The notes under the pieces were generated by a model. It did not search any database. It was given only the letters and a program-made list of their open reading frames with translations, and was not told the origin of the DNA. Shown piece by piece: positions 7,812 through 19,471 of a stretch of DNA of 39,106 nucleotides (positions are counted from its first letter, which is position 1; each line of letters opens with the position of its first letter). The stretch is taken from the NCBI GenBank assembly GCA_964201295.1, contig CAXNDN010000001.1, forward strand, positions 1-39,106, written 5' to 3'. Source of the DNA: Candidatus Planktophila sp. GTDB lineage: Bacteria > Actinomycetota > Actinomycetes > Nanopelagicales > Nanopelagicaceae. A program made the position numbers and the translations under genes.

Positions 7812-9266
7812 TTAAACCATCAGAGAGCGATCGGTTGGTTCAATTGGTGCAGGTAATTGGGTTTCCCCTTCGAGGTATTTATCGACACCTGCTGCCGCGC
7901 TGCGACCTTCGGCAATCGCCCAAACAATTAGTGACTGGCCGCGACCTGCATCGCCGGCCACAAATATCCCTTCAACGCTACTTTGATAATTCACATCGCG
8001 CTTAATATTGCCACGATCATCAAATTCAACTTCAAGTTGGGTAAGAATCGCTGATTTTTCAGGTCCGGTGAAGCCCATCGCTAAGAAGACAAAGTCTGCA
8101 GGGATCTCCTTCTCGGTGCCCGGAACAGGTTCAAACTTTCCATTCACAAATTCTGTTTCGACAATCTTTAGCGCCTTGAGATTTCCGTTGCCGTCTCCGA
8201 CAAATTCTTCAGTGCTAACGGCAAATACACGATTGTCTAATTCTTCGTGTGCAGACGATACGCGATAGATCATCGGATAAGTTGGCCAAGGTTGTCCGCT
8301 AGTACGTTCTTCACTTGGTCGCGGCATAATCTCTAACTGGGTAACGCTGGCTGCGCCCTGACGTATTGAGGTACCAAGGCAATCTGCACCGGTATCTCCC
8401 CCACCCAAAATAACTACGTGCTTTCCAGCGACGTTAATATCCGGATTGGTAACTTCACCAAGGGCTTGTTTATTTCCCCACGGCAGAAACTCCATCGCTT
8501 GGTAGACACCCTTATTCTCGCGCCCCTTGATGGGAAGATCGCGCCATTGTGTTGCACCCACAGCTATAACGATTGCATCATATTTTCTACGTAGATCTGC
8601 ACCAGTTACTTCAACGCCGACATCTACACCAGGACGAAAACGTGTTCCCTCTTTCTCCATCTGATGTAAGCGGCGATCAAGCACACTCTTCTCCATTTTG
8701 AATTCAGGAATTCCGTAACGCAGTAGACCACCAATTTTATCGGCACGTTCGTAAACTGCGACGGTATGTCCAGCGCGGGTTAACTGTTGTGCGGCGGCAA
8801 GACCAGCAGGGCCTGAACCAATTACCGCAACCGTCTTGCCGGTTAAGCGATCAGGTGGCGTCGGCTTTACATTTCCTGCACTAAAAGCTTCTTCGATCGT
8901 CCGCAGTTCTACCTGCTTGATAGTTACCGCATCTGCGTTAATTCCAATTACACAAGCGGTCTCGCAAGGCGCAGGACATAGGCGTCCAGTGAATTCTGGA
9001 AAGTTATTGGTGACATGCAGACGTGCCATCGCCTCTTCTTTATCACCACGCCACATCAAATCATTCCACTCTGGAATTAGGTTGCCGAGTGGACAACCTT
9101 CGTGGCAGAAGGGAATTCCACAATCCATACAGCGCCCAGCCTGCTTCTGCAGATGCTCCATACTCTGCGTTTCGTAGACTTCATGCCAATCTTTAATGCG
9201 CACGTCAACCGGGCGACGCTTGGGCAATTCGCGTGGCGTAGTTAAAAATCCTTTTGGATCAGCCAT
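7812..9266 (-). CDS. gltD: Glutamate synthase small (beta) subunit
   Basis: [63 protein letters not shown]. Confidence 0.97.
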   Translation of the reverse strand: MADPKGFLTTPRELPKRRPVDVRIKDWHEVYETQSMEHLQKQAGRCMDCGIPFCHEGCPLGNLIPEWNDLMWRGDKEEAMARLHVTNNFPEFTGRLCPAPCETACVIGINADAVTIKQVELRTIEEAFSAGNVKPTPPDRLTGKTVAVIGSGPAGLAAAQQLTRAGHTVAVYERADKIGGLLRYGIPEFKMEKSVLDRRLHQMEKEGTRFRPGVDVGVEVTGADLRRKYDAIVIAVGATQWRDLPIKGRENKGVYQAMEFLPWGNKQALGEVTNPDINVAGKHVVILGGGDTGADCLGTSIRQGAASVTQLEIMPRPSEERTSGQPWPTYPMIYRVSSAHEELDNRVFAVSTEEFVGDGNGNLKALKIVETEFVNGKFEPVPGTEKEIPADFVFLAMGFTGPEKSAILTQLEVEFDDRGNIKRDVNYQSSVEGIFVAGDAGRGQSLIVWAIAEGRSAAAGVDKYLEGETQLPAPIEPTDRSLMV

Positions 9267-12200
9267 TTGCTGCTACCTCCATTACATATTGATCAACTGG
9301 AAGACCATCTTTTGTCGCTCTTTCAATTGCGGCAAGTACTCGTGCATAATCGCGCGGCATAATCAGAGAGATACGACTTAAGGCAGCGCTCCAATCCTTA
9401 AGGAGATCAGCGGCAACTTCTGAACCAGTTTCAACATGGAATGTTGAGATTACAGATTTTATTAATTCTCGCTGATCTTCGGGCACTGCCAAGATATCAA
9501 CCATCTCGGTATTTACCTGAGCTGGATTTAGATCGAGAACAAAGGCGCGTCCACCAGACATGCCTGCAGCAAAGTTACGACCGATGCTACCCAATATCAC
9601 CACAGTTCCACCTGTCATATATTCACATCCGTGATCGCCAACGCCTTCAACGACGGCGGTTGCGCCCGAGTTGCGAACGCAGAATCTCTCTCCGACTAGG
9701 CCACGAATAAATATTTCACCTGATGTTGCGCCATATCCAATGACGTTGCCCGCGATTACATTCTCGTGAGATGCGAATATGGCACGTTCATCTGGGCGAA
9801 CGATTACGCGACCGCCAGAGATTCCTTTGCCTACATAGTCATTACTATCGCCGTAAAGTCGGATGGCAACGCCGCGTGGCAGAAATGCCCCAAGTGATTG
9901 ACCAGCTGAACCGTGCAAAGTCACATCGATAGTTCCGACGGGAAGTCCTTCGGCACCGAAGCGTCGAGTGACTTCTGCACCCAACATTGTGCCGACTGTA
10001 CGATTAACGTTGCGCACCGGCATATCAATACGCACCGGCTCTTTCTTATTAAATGCGGCAGCGGCAAGAGTGATTAATTGATTATCCATTGCTGCTGCAA
10101 GTCCATGATCTTGCACCGTTGTGCGATGAAGTGGTGAATCCACATCTGGTCGGACTAATAACGGCGCTAAATCAAGGCCACTCGCCTTCCAGTGATTTAC
10201 AGCATCGCGGGTATCAAGATATTCAACGTGACCAATAGCTTCTTGCAGCGTGCGGAAACCTAGTTTGGCCAAGATCTCACGGACTTCTTCAGCGATATAT
10301 TCAAAGAATGTTTCCACAAACTCTGGCTTACCGGTAAAGCGTTTACGTAGCTCTGGATTTTGTGTTGCAACGCCTACTGGACAGGTATCCAAATGGCAGA
10401 CGCGCATCATTACGCAACCTGAAACAACGAGTGGCGCAGTTGCAAATCCATACTCTTCAGCACCTAGAAGTGCGGCGATTACTACATCGCGACCTGTCTT
10501 TAATTGGCCATCTGCCTGCACGACAATTCGATCACGTAGCCCATTTAGAAGTAGCGTCTGTTGGGTTTCAGCTAAACCAAGTTCCCACGGAGCTCCAGCA
10601 TGTTTCAGTGAAGTAAGTGGTGAAGCTCCGGTTCCACCATCGTGGCCAGAGATCAATACGACATCGGCATGGGCTTTTGATACGCCAGCGGCAACGGTTC
10701 CAACGCCAACTTCAGCAACTAATTTGACGTGAATGCGGGCATTTTTATTGGCGTTCTTTAGATCGTGGATTAACTGTGCAAGATCTTCAATTGAATAAAT
10801 ATCGTGATGTGGCGGAGGTGAGATCAGTCCAACTCCAGGAGTTGAATATCTAACTTTGGCGATCCACGGATAGACCTTATTGCCAGGAAGTTGTCCGCCT
10901 TCACCGGGCTTTGCGCCTTGGGCAATTTTAATTTGAATATCATCTGCGTTAACTAGGTAATCACTGGTTACACCAAAGCGACCACTGGCAACTTGTTTAA
11001 TTGCGCTGCGCTTGGAATCACCATTTGCCATCGGAATAGCTCGTGATGGATCTTCGCCACCTTCACCAGTGTTGGACTTTCCACCGAGTCGATTCATGGC
11101 GATCGCTAAAGTTTCATGTGCTTCTTGCGAAATCGATCCATAAGACATTGCGCCAGTTGAGAAACGCTTTACGATCTCTGAAATTGGCTCAACGTCATCA
11201 ATGGAGATAGCGGGGCTCTCTCCCTCTTTAAAGGTGAAGAGTCCACGTAAGGTCATCAACTCTTTGCTCTGAGTGTCTACCTTGCTGGTGTAACGCTTAA
11301 AGATGTCATAGCGCTTGGAGCGAGTGGAGTGCTGCAGTGTAAATACAGTTTCTGGATTAAATAGATGTGGTTCCCCGTCACGGCGCCATTGGTATTCGCC
11401 CCCAATTGGCAGGCGCTTGGTTCCAGGGATCTCTCCCCCGACTGGGTATGCGATGAGATGGCGCGCAATAGTTTCTTCTGCAATCACATCTAGGCTAATT
11501 CCACCTAGACGTGAAGTTGTGCCAACAAAGTATTCATCAACAACTTCTTGGGATAAGCCGATCGCTTCAAATACTTGTGCTCCGGTGTAAGAAGCGATAG
11601 TTGAAATGCCCATCTTTGACATTACCTTCAAGACACCTTTACCTAAACTTTTGATCACATTGCGCACTGCTTTTTCAGGAGTGATGCCAGTGATCACGCC
11701 TTGCAGAACTAAATCTTCCGCAGATTCCATTGCCAAGTAAGGATTCACGGCGGCTGCGCCATAACCAATTAGCAGCGCAACATGGTGAACTTCACGGACA
11801 TCGCCTGCTTCAACAACTAGACCAACTTGGGTACGAGTTTTCTCACGAATTAAATGGTGGTGTACTGCCGCTGTTAATATGAGAGATGGGATCGGCGTAT
11901 CTTCAGCATCGCCATTACGATCTGAGAGAACGATAATGTGCGCACCTGCGGCGATTGCATCTGAGACTTCACGCTTAATTTCTTCCAAGCGAGTATGCAG
12001 AGTATTTCCATCACCAGTGACTGGAAAAAGCCCACGAACTACATAGCTTTCTAACTCTGGGTAATCACCATCAGCATTTACGTGAATGATCTTCGCTAGC
12101 TCGTCGTTATCAATAACTGGGAAGGCTAATGAAATATGGCGGCAAGATTCTGGGCCAGGGTCAAGGAGATTGTGCTCTGGGCCAAGTGATCCACCCAAAC

Positions 12201-13776
12201 TAGTTACGAGTTCTTCGCGAATCGCATCAAGCGGCGGATTTGTTACTTGGGCAAAGAGTTGTGAGAAGTAATCAAAGAGCAGTCGTGGTTTTTCAGATAA
12301 CGCTGCGATTGGCGAATCGGTTCCCATTGAACCAAGGGCTTCCATTCCGTTCTTGGCCATAGGCGTTAGCAAGATGCGAATCTCTTCTTCGGTATATCCA
12401 AAGGCGCGTTGGCGCCGCACAACAGATGAGTGTGGATAGACGATATGTTCGCGTGAAGGCAGGTCGCTCAACTTCATCATTCCAGAATCTAGCCACTGAC
12501 CATAAGGAGCGGCATCCGCTAGCCCATCCTTTATTTCATCATCTTCAATGATGCGACCGGCTTCAATATCAACTAAGAACATCTTGCCGGGTTGCAAGCG
12601 ACCTTTGCGGACAATTTTTTCAGCTGGGAAATCAAGCACACCAACTTCAGAGGCAAGAACGACGAGTCCATCATCTGTAACCCAGAAACGTGATGGACGC
12701 AGTCCATTGCGATCTAAGACAGCGCCGACTTGATGTCCATCTGTAAATGTCACACAAGCTGGACCATCCCAAGGCTCCATAAGAGATGAATGGAAGGCAT
12801 AAAAATCACGTCGCTTTTGCGACATAGTGGCGTGGTTCTCCCACGCTTCCGGGATCATCATCAATACTGCATGTGGCAAGGAACGTCCGCCAAGGTATAA
12901 CAACTCTAGAACTTCATCGAAGGATGCAGAATCGCTACCCGACATTTCAACTATCGGAAATAAACGGTTGAGATCTCCGGGAATTAGCTCACTAGCAAGT
13001 AGTGATTCGCGGGCGCGCATCCAATTGCGATTTCCTTTAACGGTATTAATTTCGCCGTTATGGGCGATAAAGCGATATGGGTGGGCCAGCGGCCAAGATG
13101 GAAAAGTATTTGTGGAAAAACGTGAGTGGACTAAAGCCAGAGGCGACACAACTCGCTCATCACTTAGATCTGGGAAAAACTCTTCTAGCTGTCCAGTGGT
13201 GAGCATTCCTTTGTAGACAATGGTCTGTGAAGAAAGAGATGGGAAGTAAAGATCTAGTGAGTGCTCTGCACGCTTTCGTAAACAGAAAGCTAGGCGATCG
13301 AGCGCAATTCCTGATTCGTTGTTCTTGCCAGCGATAAAGAGCTGTTCGAATTTAGGCATAACCGAAACTGCAGTCTTACCGAGCGACTCAGAATTAATTG
13401 GCAAATCGCGCCAACCTAAAACTATTAGCCCTTCTTCATCCGCGATTTTGGCAATTTCACTTTTAACCTCTGAACCCTGCGCGATAAAGGCAATACCAGT
13501 GGCATATAAATCTACTGGCGGAAGTTCAAATTTGACGACGGCGCGATAGAAAGCATCAGGTACTCGAATTAGGATGCCAGCGCCATCTCCGCTATCTGGT
13601 TCCGCACCAGACGCGCCACGATGTTCCATGTTACGAAGCGCGGTTAAAGCCTGCGCAACTATCTCATGTGTTGCAATTTTTTTAAGCGTAGCCACCATTG
13701 CAACACCGCATGCATCATGCTCGTTCGCTGGGTCATAGAGACCAAGACGTGCTGGGTAGTTAGATGGAAGGGCCAT
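9259..13776 (-). CDS. gltB: Glutamate synthase large (alpha) subunit
   Basis: HDACG N-terminal processing site, [39 protein letters not shown]....C 3Fe-4S motif, GXGXG domain. Start set at ATG 13776 (AGGAG at 13787-13791) rather than 13845. Confidence 0.97.
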   Translation of the reverse strand: MALPSNYPARLGLYDPANEHDACGVAMVATLKKIATHEIVAQALTALRNMEHRGASGAEPDSGDGAGILIRVPDAFYRAVVKFELPPVDLYATGIAFIAQGSEVKSEIAKIADEEGLIVLGWRDLPINSESLGKTAVSVMPKFEQLFIAGKNNESGIALDRLAFCLRKRAEHSLDLYFPSLSSQTIVYKGMLTTGQLEEFFPDLSDERVVSPLALVHSRFSTNTFPSWPLAHPYRFIAHNGEINTVKGNRNWMRARESLLASELIPGDLNRLFPIVEMSGSDSASFDEVLELLYLGGRSLPHAVLMMIPEAWENHATMSQKRRDFYAFHSSLMEPWDGPACVTFTDGHQVGAVLDRNGLRPSRFWVTDDGLVVLASEVGVLDFPAEKIVRKGRLQPGKMFLVDIEAGRIIEDDEIKDGLADAAPYGQWLDSGMMKLSDLPSREHIVYPHSSVVRRQRAFGYTEEEIRILLTPMAKNGMEALGSMGTDSPIAALSEKPRLLFDYFSQLFAQVTNPPLDAIREELVTSLGGSLGPEHNLLDPGPESCRHISLAFPVIDNDELAKIIHVNADGDYPELESYVVRGLFPVTGDGNTLHTRLEEIKREVSDAIAAGAHIIVLSDRNGDAEDTPIPSLILTAAVHHHLIREKTRTQVGLVVEAGDVREVHHVALLIGYGAAAVNPYLAMESAEDLVLQGVITGITPEKAVRNVIKSLGKGVLKVMSKMGISTIASYTGAQVFEAIGLSQEVVDEYFVGTTSRLGGISLDVIAEETIARHLIAYPVGGEIPGTKRLPIGGEYQWRRDGEPHLFNPETVFTLQHSTRSKRYDIFKRYTSKVDTQSKELMTLRGLFTFKEGESPAISIDDVEPISEIVKRFSTGAMSYGSISQEAHETLAIAMNRLGGKSNTGEGGEDPSRAIPMANGDSKRSAIKQVASGRFGVTSDYLVNADDIQIKIAQGAKPGEGGQLPGNKVYPWIAKVRYSTPGVGLISPPPHHDIYSIEDLAQLIHDLKNANKNARIHVKLVAEVGVGTVAAGVSKAHADVVLISGHDGGTGASPLTSLKHAGAPWELGLAETQQTLLLNGLRDRIVVQADGQLKTGRDVVIAALLGAEEYGFATAPLVVSGCVMMRVCHLDTCPVGVATQNPELRKRFTGKPEFVETFFEYIAEEVREILAKLGFRTLQEAIGHVEYLDTRDAVNHWKASGLDLAPLLVRPDVDSPLHRTTVQDHGLAAAMDNQLITLAAAAFNKKEPVRIDMPVRNVNRTVGTMLGAEVTRRFGAEGLPVGTIDVTLHGSAGQSLGAFLPRGVAIRLYGDSNDYVGKGISGGRVIVRPDERAIFASHENVIAGNVIGYGATSGEIFIRGLVGERFCVRNSGATAVVEGVGDHGCEYMTGGTVVILGSIGRNFAAGMSGGRAFVLDLNPAQVNTEMVDILAVPEDQRELIKSVISTFHVETGSEVAADLLKDWSAALSRISLIMPRDYARVLAAIERATKDGLPVDQYVMEVAANG

Positions 13777-13917
13777 CTCGTTCACGCTCCTGTTGTCTAC
13801 ACTTGAAATATCGTGAGGGACAACTTTGGCCCAATTAAGATCCACGCGTTACCACGGGTAGAGATAAAGGGTAGCAAGAATTAGGGCGATTTGGCATGCC
13901 CGAAAATTGATCTGGCT

Positions 13918-14640
13918 TTAGATTCCGCTCACATGCAGAAGTCGCCCAATGCCAGCGGTGATCGCCATGCCGATACAGCCACCGATTACCACTCGAAGCG
14001 TTGGGGTGAGAATCTTTGATCCTGCGATTTTCGCGCTGATAACTCCTGTTACGAGCAAACCGACCAAGGTGAACCCGACAATGCTTATCGCTACAGTTCC
14101 GGTAGTTGGCGCAAAGGCTCCCGCAAATGGAATCAAGCCACCAGATGTAAATGCGGCGGCGGATGCAATGGCTGCTTGCACGGGACGCGCTTTTGTATGT
14201 GGATGTTGTCCAAGTTCATCGCGCAGGTGCGCTTCGAGTGGATCGTGCGCATGCATTGCTGTAGCCACTTCCATTGCCAACTCTGGAGTGAGGCCTCGCT
14301 TCATATAAATTTCTTGTAGCTCCAACAGCTCTGAATCTGGATCTACCGCTAAGTGTTCAATTTCTAGCAACCGATCAGATTCCTCAATATCGTTCTGCGA
14401 ACGCACAGATACATATTCGCCGACGGCCATAGACATAGCGCCAGCTACGATTCCGGCAGCACCGGCTGTGATGAGAAAACCTTGCGCATCCGCGCCACCA
14501 ACTTTTGCGGCGGTTACACCAATCATTAAAGATGCGGTAGAAACCAAACCATCATTTGCACCGAGAACTGCAGCACGTAACCAACCGGCACGGTGAGTGC
14601 GGTGATTAAGGTTGCGTTGATATACATCTTCAAGTGCCAT
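13918..14640 (-). CDS. VIT1/CCC1 family Fe2+/Mn2+ transporter
   Basis: WLRAAVLGANDGLVS, AGAMSMAVGEYVSV, H..DELG. A leaderless-type TAGGCT-6 nt-ATG lies upstream. Confidence 0.92.
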   Translation of the reverse strand: MALEDVYQRNLNHRTHRAGWLRAAVLGANDGLVSTASLMIGVTAAKVGGADAQGFLITAGAAGIVAGAMSMAVGEYVSVRSQNDIEESDRLLEIEHLAVDPDSELLELQEIYMKRGLTPELAMEVATAMHAHDPLEAHLRDELGQHPHTKARPVQAAIASAAAFTSGGLIPFAGAFAPTTGTVAISIVGFTLVGLLVTGVISAKIAGSKILTPTLRVVIGGCIGMAITAGIGRLLHVSGI

Positions 14641-14663
14641 ATGTAGAGCCTACCTGATTGCCA

Positions 14664-15503
14664 TTAATTTTCAGGTGAAATATTGACCTGCTTCTTACCT
14701 TGATTTCTATAGAAAAGCACCAAACCTAAGATAAATACAAAGATACTTGTCCACTGATTCACCCTAAGACCGAAGAAATCATGTGCTGAATCGATGCGAA
14801 TTCCTTCAATGATGAATCGGGCGGCAGAATAGCCAGCGATGTAAATGTAGAAGGTAGAACCCTCTCGCCACTTTTTTCCAAATCTAATTAGCACAAGCGC
14901 GAGTAAGGTCGTCCAAATCGCTTCATATAAAAAGGTGGGGTGGAATGTCTCAAATTGACCGTAACCCCTCGGTCTAAATTTATAAGGGATCTCAAGCGCC
15001 CACCAAGTATCCAAAGGTCTGCCAAAGAGTTCGGCGTTAAACCAATTGCCAAAACGCCCGATTGCCTGCGCTAGCAATATTCCTGGTGCAAGAGCATCTA
15101 GGAAGACACCGAAAGATGGCAGTGTTCTCTCCTTTGCAATGCGGCGGTAACTAAGTAGTGCACCGAGCACACCAAGTGCGATCGCCCCCCAAATTCCCAA
15201 ACCACCATTCCATATTTTAACGATGGCCAAGAGACTTCCATTGCTACCAAAATATAACTCTGGTGAAGTAACTACGTGGTAGAGACGTCCACCAATAATT
15301 CCGGCAGGTATTGCAATGACTGCAACGTCAGAGACGACTCCCTTTAGATCTAGACCCGCGGAGTTTCCATAACTCCGAAGCCGCCTATCGCCCACCCAAA
15401 TGGCGATAGCGATTCCAGCAATTATGCAAAGTGCGTAGAAATAAAAGGTGAAAGGACCGATAGCGATCTGCGACAGAGTCGGAGTCGGTATCGAAGTTCG
15501 CAT
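14664..15503 (-). CDS. lgt: Prolipoprotein diacylglyceryl transferase
   Basis: GIIGGRLYHV, IWNGGLGIWG, AQAIGRFGNWFNAELFG, HPTFLYE. Confidence 0.96.
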   Translation of the reverse strand: MRTSIPTPTLSQIAIGPFTFYFYALCIIAGIAIAIWVGDRRLRSYGNSAGLDLKGVVSDVAVIAIPAGIIGGRLYHVVTSPELYFGSNGSLLAIVKIWNGGLGIWGAIALGVLGALLSYRRIAKERTLPSFGVFLDALAPGILLAQAIGRFGNWFNAELFGRPLDTWWALEIPYKFRPRGYGQFETFHPTFLYEAIWTTLLALVLIRFGKKWREGSTFYIYIAGYSAARFIIEGIRIDSAHDFFGLRVNQWTSIFVFILGLVLFYRNQGKKQVNISPEN

Positions 15504-15505
15504 AG

Positions 15506-16186
15506 TTAGGCTTTGGAAACAGCGAGCATAAATTCACCCAAGCTGTTATAGGCCTTGTCGCGATCTATCTCTTTACCATTGATAAATACCGTTGGAGTTG
15601 AATTTATATTGCGTTTGGCACCTTCATTTGCCACGTTTATAACCCAATCCTTATATTCATTATTGTTAACGCATTTCTCATACTCTTTGCTTGTTATACC
15701 TAGCCCTAAGCTTAAAGTTGTGAAGTAAGAAGAACTCCAGGCTCCCGAATTCTCGGCAGGCTGGTTTGCGTAGAGCAATTTATGAAACTGAATGAATTGA
15801 CCTTCGTCAGCCGCACACCCTGCGGCATTGGCTGCTAATTGTGATTCAGGACCAAGGAATGAAAGGGGGTGGTATGCGACCTTGGCTTTCTTAGTGTTGA
15901 TCAAATCTTCAACGTATTCACCAACTATCGATTCAAATCGCGCGCAGGCTGGACATTGAAAATCTTCATAAATTTCAATAAAGGGAACATCTTGTAACTC
16001 TTTGTTAAAGACCATTCCGTAACCATCTTCTACTGAAACGATTGAAGGTACGGCTGCGCTGGTGTTGGTCTGCTTTGAGAGAATCGTAGGAACGAGCATG
16101 ATCAGAACTACGCCGATTACTACAGCGATAACTAAGTTGCGGGTGAAGTTATCTTTTCCGCCTTTTGGATTCTTTGCCTGCGCCAT
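15506..16186 (-). CDS. Membrane-anchored DsbA/thioredoxin-fold thiol-disulfide oxidoreductase (MdbA-like)
   Basis: N-terminal TM helix, YEDFQCPAC (CxxC) and cis-Pro loop STPTVFING. Confidence 0.9.
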   Translation of the reverse strand: MAQAKNPKGGKDNFTRNLVIAVVIGVVLIMLVPTILSKQTNTSAAVPSIVSVEDGYGMVFNKELQDVPFIEIYEDFQCPACARFESIVGEYVEDLINTKKAKVAYHPLSFLGPESQLAANAAGCAADEGQFIQFHKLLYANQPAENSGAWSSSYFTTLSLGLGITSKEYEKCVNNNEYKDWVINVANEGAKRNINSTPTVFINGKEIDRDKAYNSLGEFMLAVSKA

Positions 16187-16188
16187 TC

Positions 16189-16683
16189 TTATTCCACTTC
16201 TCCCTGTGAGGATTTACGATTCTGGTTCCTATCCAATGAAAACTTGGTAGAAGGGTAGCGAATTAAATACGCGGCGAGAAATACCAGCCCTAAATCCCTG
16301 AGAATTTCCTGTAAATACTTGGTCTGACCTGGCTCAACAGCGCCTCCCCCTCCAAAGCAACCACAATCAATATTTAAGCCTCTAGCCCAGGCTTGCGCGA
16401 TTGCAATAATAAATACGATCATTGTGAACCCACCGAGAGCGGCCACTACACGTGTTAGCGCTCCCAATATTAAAAGCGCTCCAATGACAATTTCTACGGG
16501 GGGAAGAATTAGACCCAGCAGATTGGCTAATGAGATAGGCAGCATTTCATATGCACGCACCGCCATCTGAGATTTATCAGGCGTTCCAACCTTTAAATAA
16601 CCGGCGACAAAGAGCACGCCGCCCAAAGTTAGCCGCGCCACCAAACCAATCCAAGGTTGCAATATTACAAATCGACTCTTCAT
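16189..16683 (-). CDS. MauE/DoxX family redox-associated membrane protein
   Basis: RLTLGGVLFVAGYLK, P.VEI..G..LILG and RGLNIDCGCFG motif, with about 4 TM segments. Confidence 0.88.
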   Translation of the reverse strand: MKSRFVILQPWIGLVARLTLGGVLFVAGYLKVGTPDKSQMAVRAYEMLPISLANLLGLILPPVEIVIGALLILGALTRVVAALGGFTMIVFIIAIAQAWARGLNIDCGCFGGGGAVEPGQTKYLQEILRDLGLVFLAAYLIRYPSTKFSLDRNQNRKSSQGEVE

Positions 16684-17477
16684 CGTCCCTCACGCACTCC
16701 TTTAGCTAACTCACGCACCAATTCAGTTACCGCTCTTAGCCCTGCCTCTTCACTCGTTGCATCTTGCAGCACTTTAATAAATGCTGAGCCAACAATTACG
16801 CCATCAGCATAGGCGGCCACGCCCTTAGCTTGTTCCCGCGTTGATACACCTAAGCCAACTGCAATCGGAAGATCTGTCGTTTTGCGTACTCGCGCGACTA
16901 GATCCGCCGCACCTGACGAGACAGATGCACGTGCGCCAGTAACTCCCATCAAACTTGCAGCATAAACAAAGCCGCCACATTTGGCTGTTACCTGCGCCAA
17001 ACGCGCATCCTTTGTGCTGGGCGCGACGACATAGATCGGACTAATTGTCGAATTCTCTGCTGCACCAATCCAGCCAACTGACTCTTCTATCGTTAAATCT
17101 GGAGTGATAACACCTGATCCACCATTTGCCGCGATTGCATCAGCGAAGTCTGCTACACCAAAGCGTTCAATTGGATTCCAGTAAGTCATTACCACTGCAG
17201 GCACAGATGCAGCGGCAACTTTTAAAGCTGCTAAGACTTCTTGGGCACCTGTTCCGTTGGCAAGAGATGTAACAGCGGCTGCTTGAATCGTTGGGCCATC
17301 CATAACGGGATCGCTGTAGGGATATCCAATTTCAATGGCATCTACTCCCCCTTCGATAAAGGCGGCGATAACCCGATGACATCCTTCTTGGGATGGAAAT
17401 CCAGCAGGTATATAAGCGATAAGTGCCGCGCGATTTTCAGCACGAACTTTTACAAAGAGTTGATCTAAAGCGGTCAT
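16680..17477 (-). CDS. trpA: Tryptophan synthase alpha chain
   Basis: IEIGYPYSDPVMDGPTIQ, MTYWNP, GVTGAR, ADGVIVGSA. Confidence 0.97.
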   Translation of the reverse strand: MTALDQLFVKVRAENRAALIAYIPAGFPSQEGCHRVIAAFIEGGVDAIEIGYPYSDPVMDGPTIQAAAVTSLANGTGAQEVLAALKVAAASVPAVVMTYWNPIERFGVADFADAIAANGGSGVITPDLTIEESVGWIGAAENSTISPIYVVAPSTKDARLAQVTAKCGGFVYAASLMGVTGARASVSSGAADLVARVRKTTDLPIAVGLGVSTREQAKGVAAYADGVIVGSAFIKVLQDATSEEAGLRAVTELVRELAKGVREGR

Positions 17478-18688
17478 TAATCGAGTGGAATTCCAAAATA
17501 ACTTGCGGCAGTCTGCACATCTTTATCGCCTCGACCCGAGAGATTTATAACGATAATTGCATCCTTGCCGAGTTCATTTCCTACTTGCATTGCCCCAGCT
17601 AGTGCGTGCGCTGTTTCAATCGCTGGAATAATTCCTTCAGTCTTAGATAAGAGCGCAAAGGCGTGCATAGCCTGATCATCGGTAATAGCGCGATATTCGG
17701 CGCGACCGATATCGTGCAAGTATGCGTGCTCTGGACCCACGCCGGGATAATCAAGGCCTGCAGAAATTGAATGCGATTCAACGGTCTGTCCATTCTCATC
17801 CTGCAAAACATAGGAGCGAGTTCCGTGCAGAACGCCAGGTGTTCCACCGGTAATAGTTGCTGCATGGCGACCGGTTTCTACACCATCACCACCTGCCTCA
17901 AGACCAATTAAGCGAACAGTCGGATCAGAAATAAATCGATGGAAGATACCGATCGCATTTGATCCACCGCCCACGCACGCAAGAACCGCATCCGGAAGAC
18001 GGCCGGTGAGTTCAAGAACTTGCTCACGTGTTTCTTCGCCAATAATCTTGTGAAAATCTCTAACCATTGTCGGGAAAGGATGAGGGCCAGCGACGGTACC
18101 TAACATGTAATGCGTACTTTCTACATTTGTTACCCAGTCACGCATCGCCTCGTTGATGGCATCCTTTAGGGTGCGCGAACCGGATGTGACCGGAACAACT
18201 TCAGCGCCTAGCAATTTCATTCGCGCCACATTTAGTGATTGGCGTTTTGTATCTTCCTCGCCCATATAAACAACGCACTCCAGCCCCATTAACGCAGCAG
18301 CGGTTGCGGCGGCAACGCCGTGTTGGCCGGCACCAGTTTCGGCGATGATTCTTTTCTTACCCATGCGCTTTGTAAGAAGCGCTTGTCCAAGTACGTTATT
18401 TATCTTATGGCTGCCGGTGTGGTTTAGATCCTCACGCTTTAAGATTATGCGCGCACCGCCTGCGTGTTCTGCAAAGCGTTTTGCTTCAGTAATAATGCTA
18501 GGGCGACCTGTGTAACTACGGTGAAGTTCGGCCAGTTCTTTAATAAAAGATGGATCAAGTTGCGAAGTTCGATGGGCTTCTTCCAACTCTTCCAGTGCGC
18601 CGATCAGCGCTTCCGGAACAAAACGTCCGCCATATGGACCGAAGTGGCCCAAGATTGCAGAGAGATCTTCACGCGCTGATGTCGACAT
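17477..18688 (-). CDS. trpB: Tryptophan synthase beta chain
   Basis: [16 protein letters not shown] (PLP lysine), [37 protein letters not shown]. Confidence 0.98.
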   Translation of the reverse strand: MSTSAREDLSAILGHFGPYGGRFVPEALIGALEELEEAHRTSQLDPSFIKELAELHRSYTGRPSIITEAKRFAEHAGGARIILKREDLNHTGSHKINNVLGQALLTKRMGKKRIIAETGAGQHGVAAATAAALMGLECVVYMGEEDTKRQSLNVARMKLLGAEVVPVTSGSRTLKDAINEAMRDWVTNVESTHYMLGTVAGPHPFPTMVRDFHKIIGEETREQVLELTGRLPDAVLACVGGGSNAIGIFHRFISDPTVRLIGLEAGGDGVETGRHAATITGGTPGVLHGTRSYVLQDENGQTVESHSISAGLDYPGVGPEHAYLHDIGRAEYRAITDDQAMHAFALLSKTEGIIPAIETAHALAGAMQVGNELGKDAIIVINLSGRGDKDVQTAASYFGIPLD

Positions 18689-18697
18689 AGTGAAAGC

Positions 18698-19471
18698 CTA
18701 CCCTTGACCCAATAAGGTGCGCATCGCCAAAGTGGGATCAGATGATGTGACAAGGGCTTCACCAACCAAGATGGCATCTGCCCCGAGGCTCTGAGCGAAT
18801 TCCACATCGCGGCGCGCGCTTATTCCAGATTCAGCAACACGGATAACTTCGGCTGGGATCTGTGGAATTAGCTCCGCAAATGCTCCTTGATTTACATCTA
18901 AAGTCTTTAGGTTACGAGAGTTAACTCCAACTATGCGCGGTGTGATCTCCATAGCTCGCTCTAACTCATCCGCTGTATGAACTTCGATAAGTGCCGCCAT
19001 TCCCATCTCGGTCGCCAGATCATAGAAATCTCGTAATTGGCTCTTGGCTAACGCGGCGACAATTAAAAGCACCATATCTGCGCCATGTGCACGCGCTTCA
19101 AAGAATTGGTACTCATCAACCATAAAATCCTTGCGCAGAATTGGAATGGATACTCTGGCGCGTACTGCAGTTAGATCGGCTAGTGATCCCTTAAATCTAC
19201 GTTCTTCTGTTAATACGCTAATTACACTGGCACTGGCGCTTTCATAGCGTTCGGACAGAGCAGCTGGATCACCAATTGCTGAAAGCTCACCCTTACTTGG
19301 TGATGAACGTTTGACTTCGGCGATGACTTTCATGACATCACCTTTTAGCACTTGATGCGCATCCAAGGGCGCTGCCGCTTGTGACATTTGCTCGTGCAAC
19401 TCACCTAATGATCTGCGGCGTTTGGCTAAATCTTCGCGTACGCCCTCGATGATCGAATCTAATACGCTCAC
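18698..19471 (-). CDS. trpC: Indole-3-glycerol phosphate synthase (no fused TrpF)
   Basis: IAEVKRSSPSKG, SVLTE..F.GS, LRKDF, GVNSRNL, ESGI. Confidence 0.97.
   Translation of the reverse strand: MSVLDSIIEGVREDLAKRRRSLGELHEQMSQAAAPLDAHQVLKGDVMKVIAEVKRSSPSKGELSAIGDPAALSERYESASASVISVLTEERRFKGSLADLTAVRARVSIPILRKDFMVDEYQFFEARAHGADMVLLIVAALAKSQLRDFYDLATEMGMAALIEVHTADELERAMEITPRIVGVNSRNLKTLDVNQGAFAELIPQIPAEVIRVAESGISARRDVEFAQSLGADAILVGEALVTSSDPTLAMRTLLGQG

Noticed and set aside
13777-13845. N-terminal extension of GltB from GTG 13845, or a glnA-type glutamine riboswitch in this leader
   Set aside because: ATG 13776 has a good SD sequence and typical spacing to the HDACG site. I cannot fit the glnA riboswitch consensus on the sense strand.
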